From Chrysomallon squamiferum (taxonomy: Eukaryota; Animalia; Mollusca): a DNA stretch of 64,000 nt. The first letter of the stretch is position 1. Each line of letters begins with the position of its first letter. Under the pieces are notes generated by a model, which saw only the letters and a program-made list of their open reading frames with translations, made no database searches and was not told where the DNA came from. Where the stretch lies: the NCBI GenBank assembly GCA_012295275.1, contig CM022670.1, forward strand, positions 38,192,001-38,256,000, in the 5' to 3' direction. Both the position numbers and the translations under genes were made by a program. Of the stretch, positions 26,581 to 40,620 are shown piece after piece.

Positions 26581-28505
26581 ACGTAAATGTTAAATGAATT
26601 GCACTGGTTTCTGCATTCTGACAAATGCTTTTAAAATAAACTTCATTGCACAATGACTGACAGTGATGAAATACAACAGAGAGGAAACCTGATACTTTTT
26701 AAACTCTCCTGAGCCTGGGTAGAGTTTTCCAAAATCTGTTTTACTTTGATTTATTATTATTATAATTATTACTGCTATTGTTAGTGTTGTTATTGTTATT
26801 GTTGTTGTTATTATTATTATTATTATTGTTATTGTTATTATTATTGTTGTTGTTATTATTGTTATTATTGTTACTGTTGTTGTCATTATTATTATTATGA
26901 CTACTTCAATTATTATTATGTGGAATGAAAATATAGAATTTGTACTTTCAAACATTTGAAGCTGTAACTGAAATCTCAGTGTCATAACTAAAAAAATGTT
27001 TCTTGCATTTAACAAAGCCTTCTGAAAATGTATATAGTATGTAGTATATACTCCAATCATTCTGGGGCATAAAATTGTTTTTTTGATTTCTTTGAAAATT
27101 TAATTCAAGCTTGTGACAAAAAAGGTTAAGAAACATTTCTCTACATTATACACCAAAACTATCTTATGCCTACCCACAAAGACAGAATACAAATAAATGT
27201 TGTCTTAAAAATATTTTTTTTTTTAAAAAAGAAAAAAAAAAAAAAAAAAGGGTTTTTTTTTTTAACTTTACTTTAAGAAATCATCTCTTTTAGGGAAAAA
27301 AATATCAGAAAACCCCCAAATAACCCAATTATCTGAAGATATAGTGTAGCAATGGTGTTTAATACAAATAACCATTGAAAACGTGACTGAAAAACAAAGA
27401 GGTATTTTCACTGTTTGTTTGCCCTCTCTGTGATACACTGTTGTGTTGACTACAAGTGGAAACTAATCAACTTTGATTAAAGATAAATTAAGCAGGCAAA
27501 GGTGTCAGGTGGAATGAAAACTAATGAAATATTAAGACAAAGCATTATGACCTACCGTCAGGAAGCAATTCAGAAGCTTGCATAAAGTTCGCGAAATATG
27601 CTGAACCAAATTGTACAGCAAAACGAACAGAAAACAATTTTATGTGGGGTTCAGGTTGAATTTAGTAAGTAATTTAATTAATCTGCCATCATTAATGGTG
27701 CAGAATTATTCATTATTTTGTTGATTTTAATTTAAGTTTTTATCAAAGCACGATGTTATGAAACGACCATATTGGTTAAAGTATACAGTCCAGTCATTTG
27801 TCTAACATAAGTTCTGTACGCCAAATGTATTAAGTTAATGGTTAATACTAATCAAATTGATTAGTCGTTATATTTTTCCACCTCCAGAATTAATTATGAT
27901 TAATGATTGGGTATAATGGTTTTGATGCTTTACATCCGACAGCCTTTGAATCGAAACATAAAGGTTTGTCAGAATAATTCTATGAAATAGCTATTTGTGC
28001 ATTATGCACACACTGGTGGTTCAAGCACGCCTGTCTGGGCACACAATTTAGATGACTGGGTTATTTTCTTGGTGTGTTAGAGGATCAAGTGAGATACTAG
28101 GGACTGTGCAGCTGTCTCTGACTTCTCCATTTGTTTGTTTTTATGTGATTTTTATCTCTTTATTTTCAATACATTAATAATAAATAAAAACAAAATTATG
28201 AATTCATTGAGCTAGACTGGCCAAGCTTTAATCTGTCAACCATCAGACAACTGCTTGGTAAGAACATCATGATGATCTTCTGTTAGATGAATTGGCTTGT
28301 TTTGTTTGGGACTGCAGACAATAAACTTTATTACAGATACAGGTGAATGTTACATTAATTTGATATAAATGATATAAATGTTTTTTTTTTAATTTGTACA
28401 ATCTTCTCCATTTTTATATACACACATATATAGATTGATTGATAGATAGATACATATATGTGTATATATTTACATGTACATATATATGTATATATTTACA
28501 TGTAC

Positions 28506-28572
<67 letters not shown>

Positions 28573-28639
28573 CAAAGCAAGCATTTATATCATTTGCCTC
28601 TTAACCACTACAAAATAAAATAAACAAAAAAAAAAGGTT

Positions 28640-28780
28640 GTGTTGCACTGCATGCTGGGATATCTCACACAAACAGGTGATATCAGAGAAGATGATCTGC
28701 AATAAGAAAATTGCTTCTCGAATCCATTCCCAGGACGCGATCCTTGCACCTCTGTGTCAAAAGGCCACACAGTTTAATTA
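28640..28780 (-). mobile_element. Possible decayed tRNA-derived SINE head of another family
   Basis: CCCAGGACGCGATCCTTGCACCTCTGTGTCAAAAGGCCACAC reads on the minus strand like a tRNA anticodon/T arm with a degenerate B box. Confidence 0.3.
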
Positions 28781-29299
28781 AAGTGCTGCTTTACACTGGG
28801 CCTAATTTTCAGCCTTATTACATCATGTCACCCAGCTCATTTCAACTCACCGATTTAAAAATGCGAAAATGTTTTTCTGGGCCAGTGGATCTTTGATCAA
28901 AATAGAAGAGGTTTTTTTTTTTCCCTTATATGTGTTGTAATTTGAGTTTTCCACTAAACCTTGCACGATAATTAAAGGAAAAAGCTTAATTAACTCAGAG
29001 TGAAGTCCAGTGGAAAATAAATAAATAAATAAATCACTCAAGTGCAAAAGGCAAAAAAAAAAAAAGAAAAACAAAATAGACTGCAAAGTGACGTTCGTAA
29101 AATATTACCTGAAATTAGTGTCGGTTATTTTCTGACCTGTGTTGAGTTAAATAATTATTGAAAAAAAATTGAATTAATTAAAAATATATATTTAAAAAAA
29201 AAAATAATAATAATGTTGTAAATTAATAAATTAAATAAAGTAACAAAGAAGATAAAAAAAATGATTAATTAAAAATGATGATGATGAAACTTAGTGATG

Positions 29300-29332
<33 letters not shown>

Positions 29333-29709
29333 ATGATGATGATACAGATACTGTTATTACTAATAATGATACTGATGATTAATGATTATTATCTGTGTAT
29401 GATGGTACCAAACATTATTAGATTATAAATTATTTGCATAAATTAATGTGAATAAGATAATATTAACATCATTAGAAACTGGACTAATTCTAATTCAGAC
29501 CTGTTTTTTCTTGGTGTTTATTGTTTTTATATTTCAGTAATGTTACATTACATTTCTTCTGATCTTAACCACACATCACAGCAGTTTCAAAATTTTTAAA
29601 TATGTCAATGAAATTTTAACTGTTACATGGCCACAACCCAAAAGAGATACTAAAAAAAGAAACATTTAAAATATTCTTTTTCATTCAAGACTTGAAAGTA
29701 ATGATTAGA

Positions 29710-29850
29710 AATATGGGCTGATACATGATAGGTTTCAGATACAATTTTCCTTGGGAAATCCTTTCAGTTATTTCCAATTCAAAGGTTGGGCTGTCTATGG
29801 GAAGGCATTTATATAATAATTACTTTATGCTAATGTAATTCCCACTTCAT
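29710..29850 (+). mobile_element. Short Meta/MESC-like SINE core fragment
   Basis: GCTGTCTATGGGAAGG (also at 38000-38015) followed by TATAATAATTACTTTATGCTAAT. Confidence 0.35.
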
Positions 29851-30379
29851 GCTGAATATGTTTATGTGAGAAATGATTTCATTAACATCATCATTTCAGC
29901 CATTATCATCAGTAATCATTTTTCAGTTTCTAAATGTCTGTGGAAATGGAATTAACAAATCAAGTCTCATGTTTTTTCAGAAACTAATGTTTTTTCATGA
30001 TGATTATAAACTTATGTTTTTACTGAGTGTTTATTTTTTCTGTAATCTCACTGTCTTTCTCAGATGACATGCTGACATGTACAACATTAAAATGTCTTGT
30101 TCAGGATTCTAAATCAACATTCAGGTCTGTCTAGTTACATCTGTGATGGTTTAACAATCTTTGCTTTTATTTAACTTTTACTTCTAAATACATGGATCTG
30201 GCTGAAAGGCTCCATCTTCTGCTTATCTCTGTATTTATTTTAGCAACAAAATATTGTTGGTTTTTTTCAGGGGCTTTTTATTTAATGAATATATATCCTT
30301 GACAAAACTTTTTAATATAATGAGTTATTAGGTGTCAGACATGAAATTTAAAAACTGTTTTAATAATACAGATAGGAGA

Positions 30380-30610
30380 AAGAAAATCTGCTTCCACAAG
30401 AGTACAGATTTATTCATAATGATTAGCTTAGCAACAAAATATGTTTTACATGCACCTACCCAAACACAGGAAAGTATACATCAACCAGTAGCTATTGTCA
30501 GAGACTGTTTGGAATGAAAAATATCACAAAGCAGCCGTCGAGAAGGTTAGAGCCTGCAACCTGTCAGACCTCTGTCCACAGCTTTAACCACTGAGCCACA
30601 ACCCACCCCT
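30380..30610 (-). mobile_element. Near full-length tRNA-derived SINE with Meta/MESC-like core
   Basis: Minus strand: A box TGGCTCAGTGG (30598-30588) and degenerate B box GGCTCTAACC (~30553-30545), then TTTCATTCCAAACAGTCTC...CCTGTGTTTGGGTAGGTGCATGTAAAACATATTTTGTTGCTAA. Confidence 0.7.
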
Positions 30611-32609
30611 GAACATACTTGTAAACACATCTGTAGCAGTCACACATCACTGCACGAAAGTAAAAACACTCGTAAATGTAAGTGTGAAGAAGTTGTATCT
30701 ACGGTATGATTAAAGACCATCATAACTGGGACATTACTGTTGTAATAAACACAGCCATCTTTTACAGCCCTTCACAAAACTACACACTGAAATATAAGTA
30801 CTGTGTACGCAATGATTCATGTCTGATACAACAGCCATTGCAAGTGGACACAGGAAGATCAGAAGTGTACGAAGTTTGATGTACCTACCAATGTAAAGAG
30901 TAGCTCTACGATACAACTTTCTGTCGGTGTACCAAGCTTTATTTAACACACACATAAAGTATGAAGTCTACAACAGTGTTCAGACACAGTGGCATTATAC
31001 TGACAAAAACTTTTTAATTTTTAACTTTTATTAATTTGTTACGTACTCCTGTACTCAAAGACAGTGGCCATAAAAATACAGTTAAAAAAAGACATGTTTA
31101 ATAATCTGCTTGACAGAATGAAATATGAAGTGAAAAAAAAAAGTGATAACAACATTTTTTTCAGGAACAGACTATAATTGTCACATGATTTAAATAAATG
31201 ATGCAGAAGTTTCACCAGACAAACCAGTAGAACAACAGCAACTACTACAGCTACAAAATAATGTTTAAAAATAGCAGAAAAGGAATCTTAAATAAATTAT
31301 CACCCACACGCATATTTTTGTACATCTTACGTGGCTGTAACTTGACTGTTTTTGAAATGAGACAAAAACATTTAATTGCAGAGTGAAGCAGGGCAAAAAA
31401 AAGAAAGAAAAAAAATGGGTGTGGCATGTGGGGGAGTTGCCAGAGGCACCCAGCAGTTCTGACTTGAAAAATGTAAAATTCTTGATACTAGCCATTTATA
31501 TTTTATATTTTTAAAATAAAATCTTTGTATAAAAAATAAAAAATTAATAAATGTGCCTCATTTTTCCTCAATGTAATTATGACACATGTCATACATACAT
31601 CACATGTATACATATACATATACATACATACACAGTGTGTGTGTATTTTTAAACACACACAAATACACACATACACACACGTGCTTGCATGCATCCATAC
31701 ATACACACATAGATATATATACATTACTACATACACAGATATATGCATTCTGTGTGTCTGTGTGTGTGTTTATTAACATGCTTGAAATAAATCATGAAAA
31801 ACTTTGGCTTTATTCATAGCATTGTAATTTCCTGTAGAAATTGATTTGAAAACATCATCTAGCCATAACACCGATATACAAATATGATTTAATACAAAAT
31901 TCTGAACAAATCAGTTAACATTTGACAAAATAATAATAATAAAAAAACTCATTTCTTTTTCTTCAGTGCATATCTGCCTTGCACAGACATTCTGTCAATT
32001 TGTTCAAGACACCATTAGATCTCTAAGAATGATACCACAGTAACGTCACTGTCTTTAAAACCAGCAGGTACTCGGTTCAATACTGTCATGTAAACCAGAA
32101 GAATTCCTGGGAAGTACAAAATCGTTACATCTTTTCTCCTCTAACATCCTAACAAAGTCAAGGACAGATAACTAGGCTCTTTCTTGTATTGTGCACACAA
32201 AGACAGATTTTTTTTCCAGAGCCTTCAATGAAATTTTTGACCTGTTTTGAGTGGTTGGCAGTTGACTGACAGTGTCAGAGTTAGAGAAAGAAGTGTCAGT
32301 GTAATCATTTTACACCTGGGTAATGACAACTGTGAGTGAACACTGAAACACATTTCTGCTACTCACCAGTCTTTACTATGAGGTTGATTTTCAGTGCATT
32401 GACTAACACTAATCCCATCTGTATAGTGTGTTACAAAATAAAGAGTATTTTCACACTACTGCAGTTACATTCAGTTATATTTAATGTTTCACCACACTAC
32501 AGGGTCATTACATTGCAATGTAACATAAACTTTAGTATTTAACACACAAAAAAAAAAAAAAAGTGTCAGAACAGAAGATTGATGTCTTATTGTATGCTTG
32601 ATCTAGTCT

Positions 32610-32850
32610 CCTCAGTATGCACTCTGACCTATTATCCATTCCAGACAGTGCTCCATGATTAGCTTATTAAAGATCATGATAAGTGTGTTCCTGTTTATGG
32701 GAAGTACATGTAAAAGATTCCCTTACTGCTAACAGAAAAAGAAGATAGCTTATAATATGACAACAGTGAATTCCACTGACTAATCAGCTGATGTACAGAA
32801 CAATGACAAAATAAAAATATCTTAAATATTTATGATGTGTTTTAATGTTT
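32610..32850 (+). mobile_element. Decayed Meta/MESC-like SINE copy
   Basis: TCCATTCCAGACAGTGCTCCATGATTAGCTTATTAAAGATCATGATAAGTGTGTTCCTGTTTATGGGAAGTACATGTAAAAGATTCCCTTACTGCTAACAGAAAAAG. Confidence 0.7.
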
Positions 32851-33006
32851 TATTTTATGCTTCTACAAAAAAGCTGGACAAAGCAACAGCAGTTTGTTCA
32901 AATAAAAAAGTGTTGCCATGTAAATAAATTTAAAAATCTTGTAGCAGAAAAGCCTACAGATTAAATGACATATGCATCATCATATTTCATTTGCCAGCTT
33001 TGAAAG

Positions 33007-33055
<49 letters not shown>

Positions 33056-33479
33056 AAATATATATATATATATATATATACTGGTATTTTATTTTTCCAA
33101 ATGTGAATTGAATTCAGTTTTATATGTGGATGTTTGTGTATGTATGTCTGTGTGTGTCTGTGTGTGTGTCCGTGTCTGTTCATTGATTTATCACAACATG
33201 ACAAATCAGGCAGGAAAAACACATGTGCAGCCTAAGAGAAACTGTTCATGTGGGGAAATCAAACTAATGGGATTCATCTAGAGAAAATGCACACAGCCCC
33301 ATCATTTTCTGTTATACATATACTGATGAAAAAACAAGTGTGATGATTTGTAATTTTCATACACCACTGATTACAGCCTGTGTATTTAAATATTTATTTC
33401 ATTGCTAAAAGTAGAACTTCACACAGTCAGTTTGTTTTAAAAATTCATTTCACGTCTGATCCTGGACAGAGAGTCAATT

Positions 33480-33880
33480 TTGAGAGACTACTGCTGATTG
33501 GTCAGGTCATTCTGTGTCAGTGTTACTGATTGGATAATTCGGTTTCTTTTTCTTTTCTTTATTTTTTTTTTGTTATCATTGTCATCATGAGTTTACCTGT
33601 TCAGTAACAGTCCTTGACCCTGTCTGATATTTTTGTTTATTTTAGACCATCACCACTGGTTCTAAATAATGAAAATTTTGAGTAATTAGTTCTGATTGGT
33701 TGGGCCATTATGTGACAGCATTACTGATTGGGTAACTCATATTTTTTCATTAGTATTGTTCTAAATTTGTCTGTTTTGCATTCCCCTCTTTAGACCCATA
33801 GTTTATTTTATAAAAACCCCTAAATTCATTCACATACAGTAATATACAAAACAGATCATCAGTACTGGTTCTACATAATC
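33480..33880. promoter_or_regulatory. ~198-bp duplication, each copy carrying two CCAAT boxes 32 bp apart
   Basis: CTGATTGG with ATTGG at 33497, 33529, 33695 and 33727; flanks of the two copies are homologous but diverged. Confidence 0.55.
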
Positions 33881-34419
33881 ACAAATAAGTAATGAACAAG
33901 ATTAAATATGCATTTTAGCAGGTACTGAATTTAACTCATCTTTCATTTATATCTTCCTTCAAACTCAAACACTTAGAGTCACATAATCAGACAGTCACAG
34001 CAAGTCACTGACATATATTAGCATAAATTAGCATATACTAGCATACAACATGAGTGTTTTTGTTTAAGTTAAAAACAGTCTTTACTCACACACAAATCTG
34101 AACAAATATCCTAAACTTCCTTCTGAAAATTATCATAATACATTTCTGTTATTATCTACATCAGTAATGAAACTTGCAAGGCTAATATTGAGACACAACT
34201 GGATATTAATACAAGATGAATGACTGTCTATGCAATAACTGCACAAATATACATCTAAACAGTAGATTATAATTAAATTAATTCCTGTCACATTTCATTT
34301 CCATATATGCTAATGCCAAATGGCTATTTTGTTTTATATTTGTTATCAGCACAAAGCAAAACAAAACCTTCAAAACTAAAACAACAACAAAAATAATAAG
34401 ATACAAGTCATCAACCTAC

Positions 34420-34900
34420 CTGTAACAATTAATTTTTTTCACTAGAAAATGTTTAAGTTCTCTGAAGTAAACAGTTGTTTTTTATGAGTTTTTTTTTTTT
34501 TGCACTCACAATTAACAGTAGCAGGTTTTGTTCAGGAAGAAAACAGGTTGATTTTTTTTTAAATTTTTATTTTTTTTTCTCTCTTTCACGATTTACACTG
34601 ACGAGTTTTATACCTCAAAATACAATTTTATCCTCAGGACATTGTCGAACACTTCACTGCAGCAATACACACACAACAAAACCCAGCTCCTCTCCAGCTT
34701 ATCCCCAAATGCTGAGTCTCGAAATATCAGTTACCACAGATCCACCGTTCGTTCGTTCGTTCGTTCGTAAAAACGCGACAAGGAGGTGTAGGATGTCACG
34801 CTTCAGCGAACAGCAACAAGCCCACCTGTACTATGTGATGAGGGCAACGAATTCTAAATATGTATCCCACCTTCGTCCTAGCAGAGACGGTTTTTTTTTT
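34420..34900 (-). promoter_or_regulatory. Candidate alternative non-coding first exon / promoter island
   Basis: Donor CAG|GTAGGT (ACCTAC 34414-34419); CpG-rich unique sequence 34590-34890 including (GTTC)n. Confidence 0.4.
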
Positions 34901-35457
34901 TTTTTAAAAGTCATATTTTTAGTACGATTATAGATATGTAGAAAAACAACATAACGATAATGATGATATTTAAAATTAAAGTAGTGATAATGTCACACAT
35001 TAAAGATAAAAGAACTTGTTTGAGGTGCGTTCTGTTTGAAAAAGACAATCGTTTACATGCAGCTTACAGGTGAAGCTGTCACTGGGGGAAAAAGAATGTT
35101 AAATGGGAAACAGGTCTGAAGTTTACTTAACAATTTGTGTGTTGTTTGTGTTAGAGAACTTTTAAAAATATACACCCATGTGATTTGTTTGTTTCGTTAT
35201 TATAACATTCACTTAATAACTTAGTAACTGTTATAATGAAGTTTTTTTGGAGAAGTTTTTTTTATCACCTTTCTTAATACCGATTATATTTCACACACAC
35301 ACACACACAAACACACACACAAACACACACACACAAACACACACACACAAACATGCATACACGCAAATAAACACACACACACAAACACACAGACACACAC
35401 ACACACAAACAAACATACACACTGTTATATAACCACACATATACAGATATATTCACT

Positions 35458-35540
35458 GAGTAGACCTGCCTTATCCATGTATGTATGGTTCAAGGACCCC
35501 ATGAAGAAAACTGTGGATGCTTAGAACAAATATACATTTT
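35458..35540 (+). mobile_element. Possible one-ended pogo/Tigger-like MITE remnant
   Basis: AGTAGACCTGCCTTATCCATG...TGGTTCAAGGACCCC...AAAACTGTGGATGCT resembles Tigger/MER2-type termini (from memory); no matching second TIR found. Confidence 0.3.
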
Positions 35541-35752
35541 ACACTACACATGTTCATAAGTTGAAACACCACCTACAGACATTGCTAAAACCTCCCAAAA
35601 TCGTACTGATTACAATTCTAGCACTGTTTGACCTCATAAGTATACAACTTACACTTCAGTAATTTGTTTTTAATATTTTCAGACAGGACTTGGTCAAAAT
35701 TGCAGATGCTAAAGCTGACAATAAAGAGTGCTGACTGTATTAGTGTATGTGA

Positions 35753-35801
<49 letters not shown>

Positions 35802-37789
35802 TGTGTGTATGTCTGTGAGTGTGTGTGTGTGAATGTGTGTGTGTGTGTGTGTGCGTGTGCGTGTGCGTGTGCGTGTGTGGCATTATGTTCAGGCATGTGT
35901 TTTGTTTCAACAGAGAAATTATTTTAAAATCTTGAAACAAAATATCTTATAACAACAGTTAGAAGACAGCCATTATGTTAAAAGAAATATTTTTTTTAAA
36001 TAATATTTTAAATGATTTAAGAATATTATGTTCATGGCAAACTTTCAAAGCAGGATTTGCTGCTGAAAGCCGAGAGAGAAAGATTATTTTCTTATTAATA
36101 AAAGTAAGAAAAGTTGTTCTATCCTAGGCTTTTTTTGTTTGTTTTTTTTGTTTTGTTGTTGTCTTTGCTTACAGATATATTTATCTTCAGGTAATGTTTT
36201 AGTAAATTGTTTAGATGCTTGTCTGTGTGTTGTCTGAATGTATGTGTGTGAGTTTATTTCTGTTTTACTCTGTGTGAATGAATTCGTGTTGGGTTGAACA
36301 TTAGTGTATATTAATATACAGGATAATTCACTTGGGGATATACAAAATGTTAATATGTAGATATTTGTACAGGTATATTTATAAGTATGTATACAAGGGT
36401 ATATGTCTGTCTGTCTGTCTATCTGTATGTGTATATGAGTATAGATGTATGAATATGTTAACATATATATGTATATGAGTATATCTGTACAAATATTTTT
36501 ATAAAGCATGTAAGTATATCAAGATGAATATGTTTATATGCATATGTAATGTGTGTGTGTGTGTGTGAGTACAGCTGCATAAATATGTCTTGTGCATCCA
36601 TTGCATATATCTGTACAAATATATTTATATGTATCTGAATGTATATATATAAATATATCTATAATTATGTTTATATGTATAAAAATGTATGTATTTATTT
36701 CTGTCTCTGAAAGTTTGTATATATATATATATATATATATAACTATGTATAAAAACTTATTCAAGCCTCTGCATCAGTTTGCGTATTTCTCGAGTATTAA
36801 AGAAAATATTTAAGTTTAACAGAACATTCACTGACTTTGTTTTGACAGATAATGCTGTTTGCATTCATTTTATGGTGACATAAAATTCTTGACTGGAAAA
36901 ATAAAATGTTGTTCTCACAAAAACAAATTATTTTTTTATGCCAGCAATTCAAGTCATTTGTATTTATATTATCTTTCCTTTCTGACATGATGTCTGATGT
37001 TTTTTATTAAGTATTTGTATGTTTGCACCCATGTAAAAGTATGTGTGTTGTTGTTTGTGTGTGGATCTATTCTTGTGTCTCTATCAATACATGATTATGT
37101 GCAAATTTGCGTCTAATCCCAACCAACATCACATTGTATTGACAAACCCAGTACTTCATTTTTATATATTTTTGCTTCTACTGTTTAACCATGTTGAACG
37201 AACATGCTGAAATATGCTTAAATACATCTTCTAACAATACTGTTGCATATAGTACAGCAATACAGTTTCATCTCTAGCACCATCTGTAATAATCCATTAT
37301 AAAAGCCATGATAGTAATTGAGATGAAAAATAACAAATATCAGAAAATATATATATACATAAAGAAACATGTAATAAAAAGAACATACTAATGTTGATGT
37401 TATTGTTTTTCCTAACAATAGACAGACCATTAGCAAAAGTATTTATCTCTTATCAATCTTTTTTTTTTTTTATTTAGTCATTCATCTGCCATTTCTCTGT
37501 GAAACACACACACATACAAATTCAAGAGAGAAATGCTTCCAGTGAGCAATTTTACAATAACAAACTCATTAGCTTATTGCTTGTGTTAATTGCAAACTCT
37601 TTTAAGCATAACACTCGTATGCCACACAGCGCTGTTCAGTATCCTATTTATTTACTGGATCGTCCTGTATTAGACAGCAGCTCACTGTAACAACACAGCT
37701 GTGCTTAGCTCAGCCCACCAGTTTACATTGAGGTAACTCCTCTGTGTGCGTTTTTCCACTGGCTGTTTGTTCTTGTTGACTTAAATGTA

Positions 37790-38325
37790 CCAGCTCGAGG
37801 CACAGCAGGATCAGTCCTTCTCAGTGCACTGGTGAACTATTTCCCATCCCAACCACTGCTCCATGATTAATTTATCAAATGCCATCGTTTGGGAAGGTGC
37901 ATATAAAATCATTCTTCTTGCTAAATGATAACAGTTGTGTTTTGCTGTCTATAGGAACATAAAATAATTGTTCTTGCTAACTCATGAGAGTTGTGTTTTG
38001 CTGTCTATGGGAAGGTGCACATAAAATCATTTTTCTTGCTAACTGATAAAAGTTGTATTTTGCTTTTTATAGGAAGATGCACATAAACAAATTCTTTTTG
38101 CTAACTGATAAAAGTTGTGTTTTGCTGTCTATGGGAAGGTGCACATAATATAATTCTTCTTGCTAACTGATAAGAGTAGCCTATGTGATGTTGGTGGTGA
38201 TAGCACTTGGTTTTGTCTTGCAGATTATTATTATAGTAAATGTGTATGTTTTATACTTAAGTGTCAAGCTATTGTTAAACTTTCATTCATTTAATCATTT
38301 AAAGTTTTTATGTGGAAAAACAATG
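37790..38325 (+). mobile_element. Meta/MESC-like SINE whose core is tandemly amplified ~5x (~62-bp unit)
   Basis: Head GGATCAGTCCTTCTCAGTG...TATTTCCCATCCCAACCACTGCTCCATGA, then CTGTCTATGGGAAGGTGCACATAAAATCATTCTTCTTGCTAACTGATAAAAGTTGTGTTTTG x~5 (37890-38175), then AAGAGTAGCCTATG and a tail ending TTTCATTCATTTAATCATTT. Confidence 0.8.
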
Positions 38326-39288
38326 CTGCAGGTGTTGTCTTAGAAAACAAATATTTAAATATCCTTAATCAAGAATTTATTGAGATTGTGAGACATCTAT
38401 CCTATATGGAATATAATTAAAATACTTATATAAATATTACTATTATAAGAATTTTAAAATAGCAACAAGAATAAAATCAGCTTCTACAATCAGTTGTAAC
38501 ATTTGCAGTCAATAAATAAAAAGAACTGAAAGTGCAATCATTAAAACACTAATATAAATTTGAATAATACATTGGGTTAGAACAAACGTTTCTTGTATTT
38601 TTCAGTAAGTAGTGTTTGAGCACATGATGTTATTTCACACATCACTGAAATAAATAACATATAACAATATACATATTCTATGAAGTGAAAAATATTGCAC
38701 ATATGTTGTTGAATAAATGTATGTACAAATATTTATCTCATATTTTGTTGTCTTTGAATTTCAGTTAAGAATGCTACGAAATTTTGTTACAAATCAAAAA
38801 AAAATAGTATCGATACAAAATTCGTACAAATAACCCATTAATGCAATTATAATACAATATTGAAAAAAAGATCATAAATTGTTCAAACAAGAACATCTGT
38901 GTGCATAATAAATTTTAATACTGACATGCAATATAAATATGCTGAGATTAACATACATCTATGTTTGATGTGTTATCCTTAAAAACAAAAGAGTAAACAA
39001 CATCAAAACAATGAAAACATTTATTTTTTTTTTTTAATGACGTTATCTTTAGTACAGTGAACTTTAACCCAGTTCACTTGAACTGAGTGTCTGCATTAAA
39101 ATCAATTGTACAGGTTGATTTGCATATTTCTGAAATATTATTAATATTAAATACTACTAACTTGGCAAGAATCAATTAACAATCAAAGCTCATGTTCAGT
39201 TTAATTTGTGTGTGTGTGAATATGTAACACACACATATACACACAAACCTATGTACATATATATATATATATATAACTATACTCCTAC

Positions 39289-39600
39289 CTGTATCACTAC
39301 CTAAGTCTTGAGTCTGCAGCTACAAGTTTATCATTAATAAATATCAGGAAAGACAGTTCTCATTGAATTCCCAGGTCAGTCAGTCAGTCAGTGTTATGCA
39401 ATGGTTGTGGTGGTTGGTCATGATTTAATAATGATAACAGTGAAGTAATGTGTCACGTATTCAGAGTTTATGATTAAACACCAACTACGATGATGTTGTC
39501 ATCACACACATCAACAGTGACTGTTAACAAGATACTGCTGCTGCTGATTAGTTCCAGGAATAAACTGTTGGATGAAGATGTTTTTGTTACAGTGTCTGGG
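39289..39600 (-). promoter_or_regulatory. Weak candidate alternative 5' UTR exon
   Basis: Donor CAG|GTAGGA at 39288; unique, moderately GC-richer sequence upstream. Confidence 0.25.
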
Positions 39601-40214
39601 TGGGTTGTGGGTGTATCTGTGTGTATTGCTACAGGTCTCTCTCTCTCTCCCCTCCCCCCTGTCTGTCTGTCTGTCTTTGTCTCTCTCTCTCTCTCTCCCC
39701 CCTGTCTGTCTGTCTGTCTTTGTCTCTCTCTCTCTCTGTTTCTTTATCTTTGTCTCTCTAACTTTCTCTGTCTGTTTCTGTCTCTTTCTCTGTTTGTCTA
39801 TGTCTCTCTGTTTCTCTCTCTCACACATAATTTGCTCTCTGATGAATGAAGATTCCACCCTCATGTCATAAACAAAATAAATTAATTAATTAATTAATAT
39901 ATATTTTTCTTAAATCCCCAGAGCCCATAAAAAAAACATGTAATTTGACACCTAAACCCCCATTTCATGAAAAAATGATAATTGAAAAAAATCATCACAA
40001 TGAAACATTCATTCATTTTCAGCATTTTTCAAAACTTTCACCCACATTTCTGAATCAAATTAATCTACTTTCATTCTTAAACTCTTTTCTTTCTTTTTTT
40101 CCTTCTTTTTTTCATCAGTCTCCAGTAAAACATGTACATAACCAGCAGATCCATAATAATTCACTGAACATCAAACATCTCCACATAACATACTTTTTTT
40201 TTTTTTTTTTTAAT

Positions 40215-40620
40215 TCCACGAACACGTTAGCTTAATCTTTACACACCCAGTAACAGCAAACAAATTCACATCCACACTGTTTGTCAAGAAGAAGAAGAAA
40301 GAAGAAAAAAAAAAGAACCCAACACACTGGCCTATTTACCCTCGTGTGTAAAAGCAAAACTGAAAAGCAAAACGCCGACTTGGAGAACATCACCCTTTCA
40401 CTCCAAAGACCGGAAGTCATTAACTGTATGGAGCCATTCACACCGTTTATTCATTCATTTACTTCTGCTGGTCCACTTGTTGTGAAATAACACGAGCCAG
40501 AGACTCTCGGGTTGGGCTGTGAAAGAAGAGAAGTCATCCTGCGCAACAAAGGACAACACCGCTAAGTGCCGACTGCTGTTTGCTTGCAGTTTTTCCGTCA
40601 ATAGAAATTTGTGCTGGGAA
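40215..40620. promoter_or_regulatory. CpG-richer island with an ETS consensus site
   Basis: ACCGGAAGT at 40409-40417; several CpGs against a CpG-poor background. Confidence 0.35.

Noticed and set aside
25608-26624. 338-aa His/Thr/Ser-rich ORF
   Set aside because: Stop-free only because the minus strand of the TG minisatellite is CA-rich; no splice or codon evidence.
30540-30610. tRNA gene
   Set aside because: A box present, but the B box is degenerate, there is no cloverleaf, and it is joined to a SINE core; called a SINE head.
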